From NCBI GenBank assembly GCA_051047955.1, contig JBPGPT010000002.1, positions 496,001 to 560,000 of the forward strand: a stretch of 64,000 nucleotides of DNA, given 5' to 3'. The position numbers and the translations under genes are program-made. Origin of the DNA: Cystobasidiomycetes sp. EMM_F5 (taxonomy: Eukaryota). This document shows, in pieces, positions 49,880 through 64,000 of this stretch. The notes beneath the pieces are model-generated. The model saw only the letters and a program-made list of their open reading frames with translations, had not been told where the DNA came from and did not search any database. How positions within the stretch are numbered: position 1 is the first letter of the stretch; the number at the start of each line of letters is the position of its first letter.

Positions 49880-52800
49880 TCACATCAGATTGTTCAGTCC
49901 GTTGAAGCCATCTAGTCCTGCATTTGGTCCACCAGGGAGTCCTCCATTACCAGGCTGTGGCTGACGAGCGCCAGCCCCCACGTTAAAGACTGGAGTCGGC
50001 GCGTTTCCATTCCTGTCTAGGATTTGACCGTCGGCATTCATCCTCAAGCCAGCGGCAGCAAGTTCTCGTCGCCGCTCAGCTACGCGGTTGGGCAGAGTGG
50101 CTAGGCTTTGTACTTCCGGAATGCGAGCATTGTTGGTTGCTCGTGCAGCGCCGCCAAGTCCGAAGAGCATTCGAAGGTCATTGACAGTGAGGCGCCCGTT
50201 GTGCTGTGCTGCTTCACTGTTCATTGCCATCATTAAATTAGCATAATAACCAGGAAATTTGCGGCGAGACCCACTCTCCAATCGCAGCATCAATTAGGGC
50301 AGACTGTTACAACATCATGTAGGGCATCATCAGGATGCGCTCGTGTCATGGCACGTAGAACAGCTGTACCTTTCGTTGCTGTAATGCCAGGATACGCTCC
50401 TCCACGGAGTTCTTGACGACCATGCGATGAATAAAACAGGGTTTCTTCTGACCGATTCGATGTACTCTGTCGAAACCTTGCGATTCTACCGCAGTCTACA
50501 CGATACGACATCAATCTCGGTCAGATTACGATGTACGATGTGAACGTACATTGTAAGCCAGGTCGAGGTGAAAGACGTGATTTGCACAAGTCAGATTGCT
50601 GAAGCACGAAGTGAGTCAGCAAGGATGCTAGGAATTGACTACTCGTCCTTTACAGTCCAACACCGCCCGCTCGAAGCGACATGAGCATGATCTTGATTCT
50701 GCCCTTCTTGAAAGTCTTGATGGCATCATCCTTCTCCCCTCTGGAATTCCATATCATCAGCTCTGCGGTTGCCGCGAAAAAGTGAATTTGGCGTACAGAC
50801 TCATCCTGCCGTCATACGCGACGTGCGATATGTCATTATCGTTTAGATAATTAGCCACCAGGTCCAGCATAGATGTAAACTGCGAAAAGACGATAATCTT
50901 GTCCCTCTTCGTGGAGTCAACCTCCGCCAACGCCTTGATCTCGGTCATCATCTTCTTCATTTTGCTGCGGCAGGGGTGACACTCAATTTCGTATGAACAC
51001 GCGAGCGGATGCAATCATACCTGCTTGGGACAAATCGAGCCAATGTTTTGACGACAACCTTCTTTCTGCCTTTCGAATCTTCCTCGCTCTCGGTCCCATC
51101 AGAGAGGACCTCAGATCCAGACGCCGATGTGGATTCCCTTCTCGCTCGACGTTTCTTTGCACTGGATCGGCTCTTACGCGGATTCTCCGGGTCATCGTCA
51201 TCATCAACGATAAAATCGTCCATCGAGTCGTATGACTGGTAAGCCACGCGTAAGTACAAGAAGCGTGGTCATGACGAAATAAAAAACCATACATCATCGC
51301 TGTCCAGCTGGCGAGACTTGCCCTTCGCCTTCTTTGACTTTTTGGCCTTGTGCTGTTTCTCAGATACACCCTCATCACTCTTACGTTTCTTTGAAGGTTT
51401 CTTAGCGGGGGTTTTGCTGATCCTTCCGAAGCTGGGCAGATCGTCGTCTGATCCTGAATCGCGTTTAGAGGTAGCCTTTGATTTGCCCTTGCCTTTCACA
51501 TCGATTTTAGAGTCAACCTTCGGCTTAATCTCAATTTTTGGCTTGATGTCAAACTTTTCGCGCTTGACATCCGCCTCCTTCTTGACTTCCTTCTTGATCG
51601 GCAAGTCCGGCAAGTCATCATCATCGTCATCGTCTGTCAGGCTGATGTAGTTCTTGCGGGATGTTAATGCAGATGCGCTTTTTTCGACTTTGACCTCTTG
51701 TTTCGGCTTGAGGTCTTCGACATCAGAGTCATCACTGATTTCGATCTTGACAGCAGCAGCTGCTGCTTTCTCCTTTTCCGCTTGGACTTCCGCCGCCTTT
51801 ACTACCCTTTCAAGAGTAGCATCACTTGGCTCAAAGCAAGCTAGAGGAAAGAGCTTGCTCTGCTCACGTACAAACAATCAGGTGTTAGTCTGTGTACTGC
51901 TGAAATTGCACTTAAAGGGGGCGCACCTTTTGTATAGTTTGGCGGCAATAAGGGCAAGGCCGAGAGTGCTCGTCCTGATGATCGGCCTCATTCAGAAATA
52001 TGCCATCCCCGACTGGAGTACTGAAGACATTCTCCATGCATTCACCGCAATATCTGTGCGAGCACGGTGTTATCTTGCCTTCGCGGATTGGATCCCGGCA
52101 AATAGCTATATATGTATGGAAGCGTCAGAATCTACAGTCTCTGCATGTTGCCCAAATTGCTGGAGAGAAGCACTTACGGCACAAAGAATCTGGATCCGCT
52201 TCAGTATTTCCAGCCTTCTCGGCCTGTATGGCCTTCACAGCCCTTTCCAAGCAATCTTTTTCCAATGCTCTAACCCACTCGTCTCCCATTACATTGCGGG
52301 CTCTTCCGAGATCCAACAGCAATTTGCGTTTCTGCTCCTCTGGGTCCTCCCAGTAGGACAATTCGCCTCCTTCAGTCGGCAGGCATGGATGATCGCACGC
52401 CATGCGCAGATAGAGCAGCATGGTGAGAATAGTCGCGTAGTTTCGAAGGACCGTGCCAGCCTTCAGGAACCGGTTGAATTTAGCTTGTTGTTGCTGCTCG
52501 ATGCTAATGATTCTTGTCAGCAATGCGAATCTGCAAGCAATTTGATGAAGAAAGCTTACGCATCATACATGATTCGTTCATCCTCATCGAGCACGACCTC
52601 AATGTCATCCTGTGTTCGTGGGGTGAGCTCGAGAATCGGTTTACCAAACAATTTCGAGCCCTTGCAACGCCTAAGCATGACTGGCCTCAGAGCTATACTC
52701 AGCCTCTGCGCGGCCAATGCTGGCTGCTTCTTTTCAAGCTTAGTAATTTCCGGTCGAAACGCTGTAATTCCATCGGACTAAGCGTAACCGAGACCGTGAG

Positions 52801-54420
52801 TATGTACCTATACTTACCGCTCCAGTGGCAGAATGCAGTATCACGAATAAAGCGTAAATAGGGGAATGCATCCGTGACTGCGCAAAGCATTTTTCAGTCA
52901 TTACATGCATTGCAAAGATCTTCATGACCTACGCGTATTGCAGAGCGGTGTTCCTGTCAGACACCACCGATACTTGCCCTGAAGTTCGGCTACCGCTTTA
53001 GAAGCTCTTGTGAATGGGTTGCGGATAAGTTGCGCCTCATCGAGAATAATTCTATGGAAGTTTACTTCGAAGAGGGGACCTTCAACTTTTCTCTTATCGT
53101 CCTTGTCCTCATCGAACCATCTGCAGGACATGTACTTCTGTCAGCTACATCACCGAAGTCTGAGTGGCAAGCGCTAACTCTGCAGCCATGGTACCATAGG
53201 TTGTGATAACGACATCGTATTTTGAGATATCCTTCTTCTTCAAGCCCTTCTTGCTTTCGCGATGATAGATTAGTATATCATAAGTCCCCTCGTCTGTCTT
53301 TTCCTCAATCTCGTCTTTCCACTGGGTCAACAATGCCATCGGGCAGAGGACGAGCGTAGTCTTGCGTTTGCGGTCTTTCGGCGGCGACAGCGCCATGAGG
53401 GAGATCATGGTACACGTTTTACCGAGACCCATCTCGTCTGCGACAATACCGCCATTCTTCTCTTTCTCTCGGTGCAAACACCAGTTGATCCCGATGCACT
53501 GGTAAGGATACGGAACGCTATAACCACACATATCAGGATTGTATAGCACACATCTCGAGAGACCTACATGTTTGTGCCTTGAATGAAGGATTCAGGATGG
53601 GTGAGGCCGAGCGCTTCGCGTGCTTTGCCAATGTCCACGTCGCCTATCCGAGCATTGGTCAGTAAGATCCATACACTTTCAAACGACAATGCACAAACGT
53701 ACCTTCGTGTCCCGTGCCAGCATTCGTCTGCTTTGTAAATTCTTCAATCGTTGCTGCAATGTGCCTGCCATCACCATAGATCAAATCTGCTGCCGACATT
53801 TCGACCGCTGACATTGGACGTCTTCTCCGATTTGTCCCAAACAGTGGCATATCGTCATCGCTATCTGACATGCCTAGGTGCGTCTCCATACGATCATTGT
53901 ACAATCTCGCTCTGCGTGTGCGACGTCGGATTTCGCCTTCACTTGCGGAAGAGTATGCTCCTCCATCGTCTTCATCCTCATCGCTATAGCCCACGGTCGT
54001 TTGGTATGCCGATTGCGAAGTCGTCGGCCTCGCGGAGGATGATGAGGTGGAAGGAAGTGCGCGTCCAGCAGTTGCATCGAAATGACTGCTTTCGCGACTT
54101 GTGGTTCTTTCGTGATTTGCTGAAGCCAGGGCCGGTCTAGCTATACTCGGGTTGTTCCACGCAGACCATGCTCCAACGCCAGCAGGCTGACGCGGAATGC
54201 TACTCGATGTCGAAGGAGTACCTCCAACATGTCTGGGCGAGTAAGAGGAGGTTGGCATTGAGGAACGAAGAGGTCCTTCATTCGGCACAGGCCCGTCGAA
54301 AAGACTGCGATGAGCGTCTAGAGTGACACCTAGACGTGGCTGGAAGCCTTGCATGAAGAGCCTCCCAGGACTAGCCGACGGCGGAGCAGCTCTTGGTGAC
54401 CCAGAAGCGGCGGTGTCCAT
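49880..54420 (-). CDS. SNF2-family ATPase with RING finger (Rad5/Rad16/Uls1-like)
   Basis: [100 protein letters not shown]; many introns, start approximate. Confidence 0.9.
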
Positions 54421-56000
54421 GGCTGAAAGGCCGCTTCCGAGCGTCGTCACGGAAAGTCAATGTGGCCCCGAACCTCAAATTTCAGCCAAACGCAGTCTTC
54501 GCGTGTCCACTGTCGTTCGAGCGAGTCGTTTCTCTCGTGTAGACCGTCATTAAGAGCCTCAAGAAAGAACCCGCATACGTGTTGGCGTCAAAGAGACGCT
54601 TCCTGTCCGTGTTTATTGCCAGGCACGGAGTGATCGAGGGCTGAAACGCGGAAAGTGGAGCATCGAGTTAGACAGATGCGAGCAACGTCGGACGAAGAAT
54701 AACATCGTACAGGGCGCGGTTTATGGCAAGACGTTCGCCCTGCTGTCGGAGTCCGGCTGCTACGTGGAATGCAGCGCACGGACCCTCGGCGAAGATGAAC
54801 AAGCCCCGCATGCAATACATACACGGGGTTCTCTGTTCGCGATGATACAGCCTCGTCAATCTCCAAACTGATGCTGACTATATCGCCCGCCGGCATTGCT
54901 GAATCCCTATAAATTCCACGTTTTTGCATTCTCAATTAAATCTGCTACCAACGATATCGCCCATCTCCTGAACGTTTGCTTACGAAACGTACATGGTTAT
55001 GCGTAAAAGTTTCATTTCCGCAAGCTTCGTATCTTTCCAGTCGTCAATTTGGAATCTCGACTTCATCCTGTGGAGCAAACCTGCAGTCTTTGGTATGCCA
55101 TTGCAGGTTCAGCTATGTCTAAACGAGACGAGTGCGCTCAAAAGATAATATTTGGAACCATCTATCAGCAGAGCACGGAGCAGCTCTGCGGTATGTGCTC
55201 ATGCTTTCACACAATGTGGATTGGTAAGCGATATTAGCATCTCGGGCTGGAGAAACGGGGCTGCGGTGTGCTTTTCGAGCATCTGCTTGTCCATATAGCT
55301 TGGAAGGGATCTCACCGTCACTCATAGATACACAACGACTCGCTTGACTGCCTTTTGGCTGCAGACTTCCTGTTTTTAAACCTCTACAAAGCGCGCGTTC
55401 CAGGTACCGGACTTGTGCTTCGGCGTTTACGGCAGAGCATGCGTGCGTTCGCATTGTGTGTGTTGCAGTCTTGTCCAGCTCTGAATTGCTGTTTCGTTAT
55501 TCTGCTGGACTAGGCTGCTGCAAGGGAAACAACATTGGGAGTATCGTTCCCTTTGCTCGCCGTCCGCTGTGCATCTCGCTTGGCGGCCACCGGCCAGCAG
55601 GCGCACTGTGCTGTCAAAAGAAAGTCAGTCGCACGCAACTGCAACAGCGATAGCGAGACATACACGATACATTGAGCGACACGCTGGTTGAGCTGGACGA
55701 GTCCCCCCGTTGGACCGCGAGAGCATCGCCTGAACCGACTGTACGCGACACTGTCCGGCAAAGCGACGCTGGCTTGACCTTTTTTGGCGTTGAAGCTCCG
55801 CTGCCGTCCTCAGGCAAGGTTGAAACTGCTCTAGACTTTGCAAAGGCTGTCGCATGCCAGCCCGACACATCCATCACACTACACCCTAAACCACATTCGT
55901 TGATCCATCTATTGCAGGACTGAAGAGAGCCAAAGGCAGGAAGAGCACATCATTCATCTCCACGTCCACACATATTATATCTAAAACCCAATTACCCATC

Positions 56001-59000
56001 ATGCCCGTTCTCCGAGACCCGCCAAACGACGAACGGAGGAGGCGCAATATGCCGGCCCCCGATACCGACACAGATACCGACGGTATCTCCAGGCCATTAC
56101 GCGCACATTACCTGACAGTCGATGATGAAGACCATCGACTCCGGATAGTCCGAACACCGACAGAATCCCTTCATGAAATTGCCAGAGAGGATGAACGCAG
56201 AGGTGTCGGCAAGAGGAAGCGGAGGCACACATTCCGCGCCAGATCGTTCCTAAATAGGTCAAACACTACCGCTACTACTAGCTCAAAGGTTGGACGAGCT
56301 CCCAGCCAAGTAGGCAGCAGTAGTCACGGCCATTCGAGCTTTATTCGACCCTCCACCTCTAGTGGAGGCATAGCAGCAGCCCTAGCGAAAGCGTCGCATG
56401 GCCTTGGCAACGATTTCGTGCAGCAAGTTCGAGAGGATCAGCAACAGAAGGCCCTGACAACGCGGACGGCAAATCAGGAAGAGGAAGCCAAAGCAGAGCA
56501 ATTTCGTGCTCCTGCAGAAGAAGGACTCGATACAGGCACGACAGATGTCAAAGCTGCAGAAGGAAGGAGAAGGAGAAACGTCTACCTGAATGTACCGATA
56601 CCCTCACACGAGCTCGACAAGTACGGCGAACCGAGAATATATTCGAGGAACAAAGTTCGGACGTCGAAATATACCATATGGACATTTCTACCTAAAAACC
56701 TGACTGAACAATTCAGGCGTGTCGCGAATCTATACTTTCTAGGACTCGTGATTCTACAAAGTACGTACCAGCCACTGGGATCTCAAACTCAAGCATTGCT
56801 GACGTTGCGTACAGTATTTCCAATATTCGGAGGTGCATCGCCCGTCCTAGCGATGTTGCCGTTACTTGCTATTTTAACCATCACGGGAGTCAAAGATGCC
56901 ATAGAAGACTATAGGCGGCAACAGCTCGACGACGGAGTCAACAACAGCGCTGTAACGAGACTCGGTGACTGGCGGAATGTCAACGTGCCAAGGTACACGC
57001 GTAGCATAATTGCACGTATTTTCGGGTTAGGTGGCAAGCGCAACCCCGATGCGAACTCCTCTTCTGGCGCGCCAACACGGCAGAAGAAGGTCTCGAAGGG
57101 CGTGCGCAAGTTGAGAGAGAAGGAAGGAGAATTCAACGCCGACTTCCTATATGCCGGAGGAGCTGTTGCGCAAGACTCGACGGCTAGCTTCTTTGACCAG
57201 ACGATACACGACAATCGAAGTACGGATAGTCACGCTCGACCGACCGACTCTGTCAACCACTCTCACCTACTGGAGACGCTTGCTCGAGAGGAACGCATTG
57301 CTGCTGACGAGTCTTATGCTACAATTACCGGAAACGATAGCACAGTCATGCTTGACGCTCCTCCGGCCCTTTCGTCGTTACCCATGTCGGGATCAAATCG
57401 GTCGCGCTCAAAGAGCTTAGCAAGGAGCATGGCGACATCGGCCCGGACAATGCAGAAACAAGGTGTAGTTGATTACGATCGACAAGCGCCTGGCACAGCC
57501 AAGTGGGAAAGAACGCTCTGGAAGAAGCTCGAAGTCGGTGATGTTGTCTTACTGCGCGAAGACGACCAGGTTCCAGCGGATATGGTAGTATTGTCGACGA
57601 GTGATGCCGATGGACAATGCTTTGTTGAGACGAAGAACGTAAGTCGAGAAACAGTGGTGTACCCGCAAACCAATACTGAACGGCTTTCATATTCAGCTTG
57701 ATGGCGAAACAAACCTGAAGCCCAGGAGAGCCCTCAAAGGAACTATGGGCATCCAGCACGAGGAAGATGTCGAACATGCCGAATTTGTGGTCGACTCTGA
57801 GCCACCGCATGCGAATCTCTATAGCTATAATGGCGTCTTGCGCTATCAGATCCGTCAGAATATACCAAACAATGACGGCTTGCCGACATCTTCGGAAATC
57901 ATCGAGAAGAAGGAGGCAATCACAATAAATGAGCTACTGCTGAGAGGATGTGCCATACGAAACACTACCTGGATCATCGCCCTCGTTGTTTATACAGGCG
58001 AAGATACCAAAATCATGCTGAATCAGGGTGCAACACCGTCAAAGAGGAGCAAGATCGAGAAGGAGACCAACTTCAACGTCATTGCTAATTTTGTCATCCT
58101 TGTCGCAATGTGCGCAGCGGCAGCCATAGCAAACGGGCTCTATCTGGCACAAACTAATACATCTGCAAACTACTATGAGCCTGGTGTGCAGATCTCCGCC
58201 AGCGCGGTTTTAGACGCAGTCATTACTTTTGGGTATGTTGAATATCACACTTGCTTATTGCTTGCCTTGCTGACGTAGAAGCATGACCGGACCGTCATCT
58301 GAAGAGCTTGTCTCATCGCTTTTCAGAATATCGTGCCCATCTCGCTTGTCATTACGGTTGAGTTGGTCAAGACGATACAAGCCATCTTCATATACCAAGA
58401 TATCGAAATGTACTATGAACCCGTACGTAGATTACATTCACGAGCTGTTACAACGCACTCATCAACAGTCATCACCTCCCACAGCTCGACCACCCGTGTG
58501 TGCCGAAAACATGGAACATCTCAGATGATTTGGGCCAGATCGAATACATCTTCTCAGATAAGACCGGTACGCTTACCCAGAACATCATGGAATTCCAAAA
58601 GTGCAGCATCAACGGCGTACCATACGGAGAAGGCATCACCGAAGCGATGTTAGGACAAGCCAAACGCGAAGGACGCGATCTATCAGCTTTCGATCCTTTG
58701 CGAAACAAGGCACTCTTGCAGCAGTCCAAATCCGAGATGGTCCGCGATATGAACACATTGTTCCGGAATCGGTACCTTCGAGAAGACAAGCTTACATTCA
58801 TTGCGCCGAAGATGATCAACGAGATGGCGAATCCGTCAAGCCCGCACACGGAGCACATCATCAGATTTTTCCGGGCTCTAGCGGTCTGTCACACCGTCCT
58901 AGCGGATCGCTCCGATGCGGACAATCAGGACCTCATTGAGTATAAGGCCGAGTCGCCCGATGAGGCTGCGCTAGTTGCAGCTGCTCGCGACTGCGGCTTC

Positions 59001-61554
59001 GTATTCCTACACAAATCGAATAATGATATTGAGATCGAGGTCATGGGTCGAACAGAGCGCTATCAGCCACTCCGTATATTGGAATTCAATTCCTCTCGCA
59101 AGAGAATGAGCGTTCTGGTACGGCAGGCCGACGGACGTATCTTGATGATCTGCAAAGGCGCCGACAGCGTAATCTACCAAAGACTCCGCAAGGATCATGA
59201 CGAACAGCTGAAGGCGGCTACCACGAGAGATATGGAAGCCTTTGCAAATGCCGGCTTACGTACCTTGTGCATATCGTACAAATACGTCGCGGAAGAGGAA
59301 TTTGGAAGGTGGGCTGCCGCGTATGATGCGGCCTGTGCGGCAGTGGACGATCGGGAAGATGAAATCGAAAAAGCTTGCGAACTTATTGAAAATAATCTGA
59401 CTATTCTGGGCGCGACCGCGCTTGAAGACAAGCTGCAGGTTGGAGTACCTGACGCTATCGCTCAGCTGCATAAAGCAGGCATCAAGCTCTGGATCTTGAC
59501 GGGTAAGCACTGGCAGCACCTAGCGTCTTATCAGTCAACGGCTAAATGCCGTGCTTTTACAGGCGACAAGGTGCAAACAGCCATAGAGATCGGGTTTAGC
59601 TGCAACCTGCTGTCCTCAGATATGGATATCATGATTTTATCATCTGAGACTGAAGATGGTGCGCGCACGCAGATCGAGAGCGGCTTGGTCAAGATTGGCA
59701 AAGCTCGTAGCGGCGTTGTCGCGGGTCCCGCCGCTGGCTTCGCTGTGGTCATCGATGGAGAGACGCTCCGCTTTGCGCTTACGGCAGCTTTAAAACCGCT
59801 ATTCCTCGACTTGACCACTCAATGCGGTGCGGTAGTCTGCTGTCGCGTATCCCCATCACAAAAGGCCTTGACAGTCAAACTCGTCAAAGATGGCAAGAAG
59901 GCCATGACATTGGCAATCGGTGACGGCGCGAACGATGTTGCAATGATCCAGGAAGCACATATCGGTGTTGGAATTGCCGGTCTCGAAGGGGCACAAGCAT
60001 CGATGTCGGCAGACTACGCTATCGGACAATTCCGATACTTGAACAAGCTCTTGTTGGTGCATGGGCGCTGGTGCTACTTACGAGTGGCAGAGATGGTGCG
60101 AGGATTTGGAATGACGGCTTGCGGTATTCTGACTCATCTACAACTTTAGCATGCCAACTTTTTCTACAAAAATATCGTATGGGTTTTCGCGATGTTTTGG
60201 TACCAATGGTATTGCAACTTCGACGTCGGCTACATCTTCGACTATAGTCTAGTTCTATTGTGAGTTGGCGCAACTTGGCTCGAAGGCAAGCTCCTGATAC
60301 AATAACTATATAGATATAACTTGGCCTTCACAAGCTTGCCTGTCATAGTCATGGGCGCATTTGACCGCGATCTCGACGCCAAATTCTCTCTTGCATACCC
60401 TCAGCTGTACAGGCGAGGTATACAAGGGCTCGAGTACACGCGAACCATATTCTGGGCATATATGTTCGATGGGCTATATCAATCCGCAGCGGTCTTCTTC
60501 ATGCCCGTTATTATGTACTCGTATGGCACTACCTTGGTCGGTACCGGCTACGATATGAGCGCTCAAGTGGAACTCGGCACAACTATCGCCTCTGCTGCTG
60601 TTGTTTGCGTGACCCTCTTTGTTGGCCTGAACACCTATCTATGGACAGGTCTTGTCACTGTCGTACTCGTCGGCTCGGCACTCTCACTCTATGTATGTTT
60701 GGTAATACATCTTGCATTGCATAGCTAACTTTTTCGAAAAACAGATTTGGATCGCCATCTATTCTGCTTTCCCTTGGCAGTTTGATTATCTCGTAGTAAT
60801 ACTCTTCAGCTCAATCAACTACTGGCTCATCATCCTCGTTACGCAAATCGTAGCTCTCGGCCCACGATATGCCTACAAGTACATCCGCAGCAACTACTTT
60901 CCGATCGACAACGACATTATACGTGAGATGGCAATCAAAGGTCATTTCCGTGATGTGCCTGTCGACGTTGAAGGTGGTCAAAACGAGGAGAAGCATGGGA
61001 TTCCCCAAACTCCTTCCGCTCTAGATCTTCCCATAGTTACGAAGTACGAGAGTCGGACCCCGTCACCTGGACAGGTTCAGCTGCAGCCACGACAAGCCAG
61101 CCTTGAGCTCAACGACATATCCACGATTGACCAACGTGAGGCGGCATCTCGTCAAGCTAGCTCGGCGAGCGGTCATCGGAAATATCAGTCTGCTCAGCAA
61201 GAGCTGGAAGAGCTGAACGGAGAGGTTCTGGGCTCGCCGACATCCCCCAACTCTCAGACTTCGCAAAGCCATCTTTACCCTACCACCATGCAAATGCCGT
61301 ACCAGTTGCATACACCTCGTTCTTCGGGCGCCTACCATTCTCCAGCCCCGTCTCACGCGCAATCTTTCAGGACAATGACACCCTATTCATCGCCTTCGAG
61401 CTCACCTAACCCACAGCGGACGGATCATCGGAAAGTGGATTCTGCTGGCTCTGCTTTAGGCATGCGTCGAGATCCGTCAGTCACCAGTTTCGCGACTGCA
61501 GCCGATGAACCGTATCAAGAATTCGATGGCGAAAATGTAGGATGGGCGCGATAG
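56001..61554 (+). CDS. DNF1: P4-ATPase phospholipid flippase (Dnf1/Dnf2-type)
   Basis: NKVRTSKYT..FLPKNL, LDGETNLK, PISL, FSDKTGTLTQN, ESPDEAALV, FNSSRKRMS, KGADSVI, TGDK, CCRVSPSQKA, IGDGANDV. Confidence 0.95.
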
Positions 61555-61878
61555 TAAAATAGAAGAATATATAGATGTAGTACTTCGCCATTTCTCTTCT
61601 TCAGTCTTGAAATCAGCTGGCAGTAGCAGGTTCCCGTTGAACAGCTCTCATTATCGACAACCTTAGCAGTGTTTAGTAGAAGGTACAGCCTATAATGTTC
61701 TTGTAATACAAAATACCCTGCAGTATGGCTACATTCAATGTTTATGAAGGTTCGAGTCTCTGCAGTCCCCTATACAAGAACCACAAAGTCACAGCTTGTC
61801 TGCTTCCAGAAGCGGCGTTATGCTGTCGACTAGCTGCGAGACTGCCTCTGCGTCAATACCCGTCAGGTTCTTATTGGC

Positions 61879-62663
61879 CTATAGCGTTCGAGCACGCTTC
61901 TTCAGCTCAATAGTCTTGATTCTCACATACGAAACCTACCTCAGCTACAGATGCCAACATAGCTTTCGCATCAGCTTCCAAGACATCGTTCTCTGCTTGT
62001 AGTGTTCGTATCCGATGCATGCGGTCCTCGGATTGCGCGGCCAACTGGGGTTGTGTCAAGTCAGGCGCATTTCGAATCAAGGGGGTTATGTGGCTCACAT
62101 CAGCGCGAGTATCGCGCAGGCTATCCAGCCTTGCGAGGAGCTTCGGCATGACTGTCGCTCTTATAGCCAATACGGGATCGCGCCCTTGTCTAGAGAACGG
62201 TCTGTCAATATTGAGACGCGCAGCTGTGCACGCGTAAACAACGCACTTCCACGCATCTTGCGGTGCTTCACGCCGTGATAAACGTTGTGTAGCAGCAGCG
62301 TACACCCTGTCCACCTCGTTTGCTCGGGCGATAAAGTCTCTGAACTCGCTATCTTCAAAAAATGTCTGCCAGGCTTGCTGTGTTTACCGGTTCAGCTCAG
62401 CAATTCGTCCGAAACGTCGGTGAATACAAGCCTACATCGAACCCAGCCTGCAGGTCTGACCTTGTCTTGTCTGTCAGCGACTGTATAAACTCTGCGTCCG
62501 AGTCTGCAAAGTCTGGGAATGATTGCTGCATCGCGTCCAGAGTGACGCGCTCGATGACTTTCTGGCTGGCTTTTGTGATGATGGCTCGAGTCGCGGCTGC
62601 TCGGGAGCCTGGCGCTACCACTGCTGACGACGTGGAAGCTCCTGCATTCTGATAGTGCGACAT
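61879..62663 (-). CDS. Kinetochore MIND/Mis12 complex subunit Nnf1-like
   Basis: GSRAAA..TLDAMQQSFP..ANEVDRVYAAA..DAWK..DPVLAIRATVMP followed by coiled coil; pattern resembles fungal Nnf1. Confidence 0.65.
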
Positions 62664-62750
62664 TGCTATCGCCATAGTCTGGTTAGATTGAAGAAGTCCT
62701 GCTTTGAAACTGACCGACACGATGATGGCTCGGTGACAGGAGGAATCAAG

Positions 62751-63436
62751 ATGGTCCGCTTCAAGGCGAGCTCCCGAGCATTGACATGTATTATTGATAG
62801 GCGCTGACGTTTTTGTTGCAGAATCGCTATCTGCTCGTCGAGCTTATATTCCCTGATGATACTGACAGGCCAAATCTGAGCGAAGGGCTGATCCACTCGA
62901 TAATCCGCGAATCACTCGCAGCAAACTTTGGTGATGTCGGCTGGGCCCAGGTTGGCGGGACTCTGAACAGTCCGTGTTTTGCGTGTTGCCCATACCAGAA
63001 TCAGCCTGACATCCAATACCATCTATTCCAGTCAAATACCTGTCTCAGACAACAGGATTGATGATAATTAGAACTTCGAGGCAAACTCTATCTCTCGTCT
63101 GGGCAGCTTTGACGCTGTTACGGTCCATTAAAGGCGTGGAGTGCTGTACCCGCGTGGTGCACGTAGGCGGTACGTGGGACTTCTCAGGTTGTTATGCGTT
63201 GCTCAAAACCTCCGATAGGCACTATCCGCAAGACGCAGCAAGCGGCTATCAAGTACGATAGGGCTCTCATCATGTCGGCACATCCTGGAGCCCCTGGTAA
63301 GGTCTTCATGGGCATACAGGTCGAGGCCTCTGAGCAACAAGCTACCACTGACACGCACTCCATCAGTGACTCAACTGACACAAACCAAAATACTCCAATC
63401 CCAGCAGGCTCTATCCGCACTGGAAGCCTGATATGA
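62751..63436 (+). CDS. POP5: RNase P/MRP subunit Pop5 (Rpp14/Pop5 family)
   Basis: MVRFK|NRYLLVEL, IRESLAANFGDVGW, KYLS..TG.MIIR, LVWAALT, VVHVG|GTIRK.Q; first intron GC-AG. Confidence 0.92.
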
Positions 63437-63757
63437 CCACCAGAATCCCAGGCAATGTAGTGCATCCGCCAATATTAAGCAGAGTTTTGTTCTCCACGGG
63501 CAAAAAGGATGCTACAACAAGCATTATACGCGGTACCAAGGCACAATTGGATACTATCACCACGTTAATGAAAGTCTACCAAGACGATCCATGTCAGCCA
63601 ACGACGAGAAGCCGAAGACAGATTATGCTGCTATAAAGGCGCAAGAAGGAATTAATGAGCGAAGCACTTGTATGTTACATCTAAAGGGTCCATGTTGGCA
63701 TCGTGCACTTCCTTCGCCATCAAGCTTTCCCTTCACTACCATCCCGACTGATTGAAA

Positions 63758-64000
63758 TTAATGGATCTCCTGCTTATATTGCGCAACACGTGCAGCAACG
63801 GTTTTCCAATGGGGCGACCAATGGCCTGGACTTTTGGATAGGTCATCCAGGCTCGTCGGAGTATTCTTGTCTAGCATATCGTATGCGGACGAAAGAGAGT
63901 CTAGGCCGGAAGTCGAGCCAAAGGTGGAGGCACTGAAGCGGAAAGGCGAGGGAGCTGTAGAAGGTCTAGCTGCGACGAGTGCTTCGTTGGGCGAATCCAA
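63758..64000 (-). CDS. 3' end of an unidentified gene, truncated by window edge
   Basis: Open frame running off the window, Ser/Pro-rich, ending HWKTVAARVAQYKQEIH*; no family recognised. Confidence 0.45.
   Translation of the reverse strand: MDSPNEALVAARPSTAPSPFRFSASTFGSTSGLDSLSSAYDMLDKNTPTSLDDLSKSPGHWSPHWKTVAARVAQYKQEIH

Noticed and set aside
51654..52781. 375-aa plus-strand ORF
   Set aside because: Antisense shadow of the SNF2/RING gene, with no recognisable motifs.
54430..56000. 1.6-kb gap between the SNF2 and DNF genes as a hidden gene or mobile element
   Set aside because: Only short motif-less ORFs, with no terminal repeats or RNA gene signature. Probably promoter plus 5' UTR or UTR intron.
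1..64000. CRISPR arrays, transposons, tRNA/rRNA genes, secondary-metabolite cluster
   Set aside because: None recognised. Short rRNA-like words at 29821-29900 are explained by the snoRNA guides.

Overview
This is a very compact, intron-rich eukaryotic window. Most introns are about 50-65 nt, with GTRAG-type donors, CTRAC branch points and YAG acceptors. The gene content looks like a basidiomycete fungus, probably a Pucciniomycotina yeast; this is an inference and the species cannot be identified from the sequence alone. About 32 protein-coding genes can be reconstructed by hand, mostly housekeeping: MFS, ERG26-like, RPL30, SEC53, ARP9-like, ADA2, IPK2, DPH4, UBP12, AGX1, URA9, TYR1, ARP8, MSS4/DSS4, SPG1/TEM1, MSC2, mL59, a RING-SNF2 ATPase, a DNF flippase, NNF1 and POP5. 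No rRNA, tRNA, transposon or CRISPR array was recognised. The most notable observations are: (1) a tandem pair of strongly diverged six-intron histone H2A variants that the ORF track misses; (2) a class-2 dihydroorotate dehydrogenase fused in frame to a ~510-aa tail with ten ~31-aa amphipathic repeats; (3) an snR13-like box C/D snoRNA inside an intron of an apparently non-coding transcript; (4) an AGX1 with a PTS2 signal between two in-frame ATGs; (5) an orphan protein with a PAS-like domain split over small exons; (6) possibly overlapping head-to-head start codons of IPK2 and DPH4. All exon structures were read manually and no database searches were run. CDS coordinates span first to last codon, including introns.
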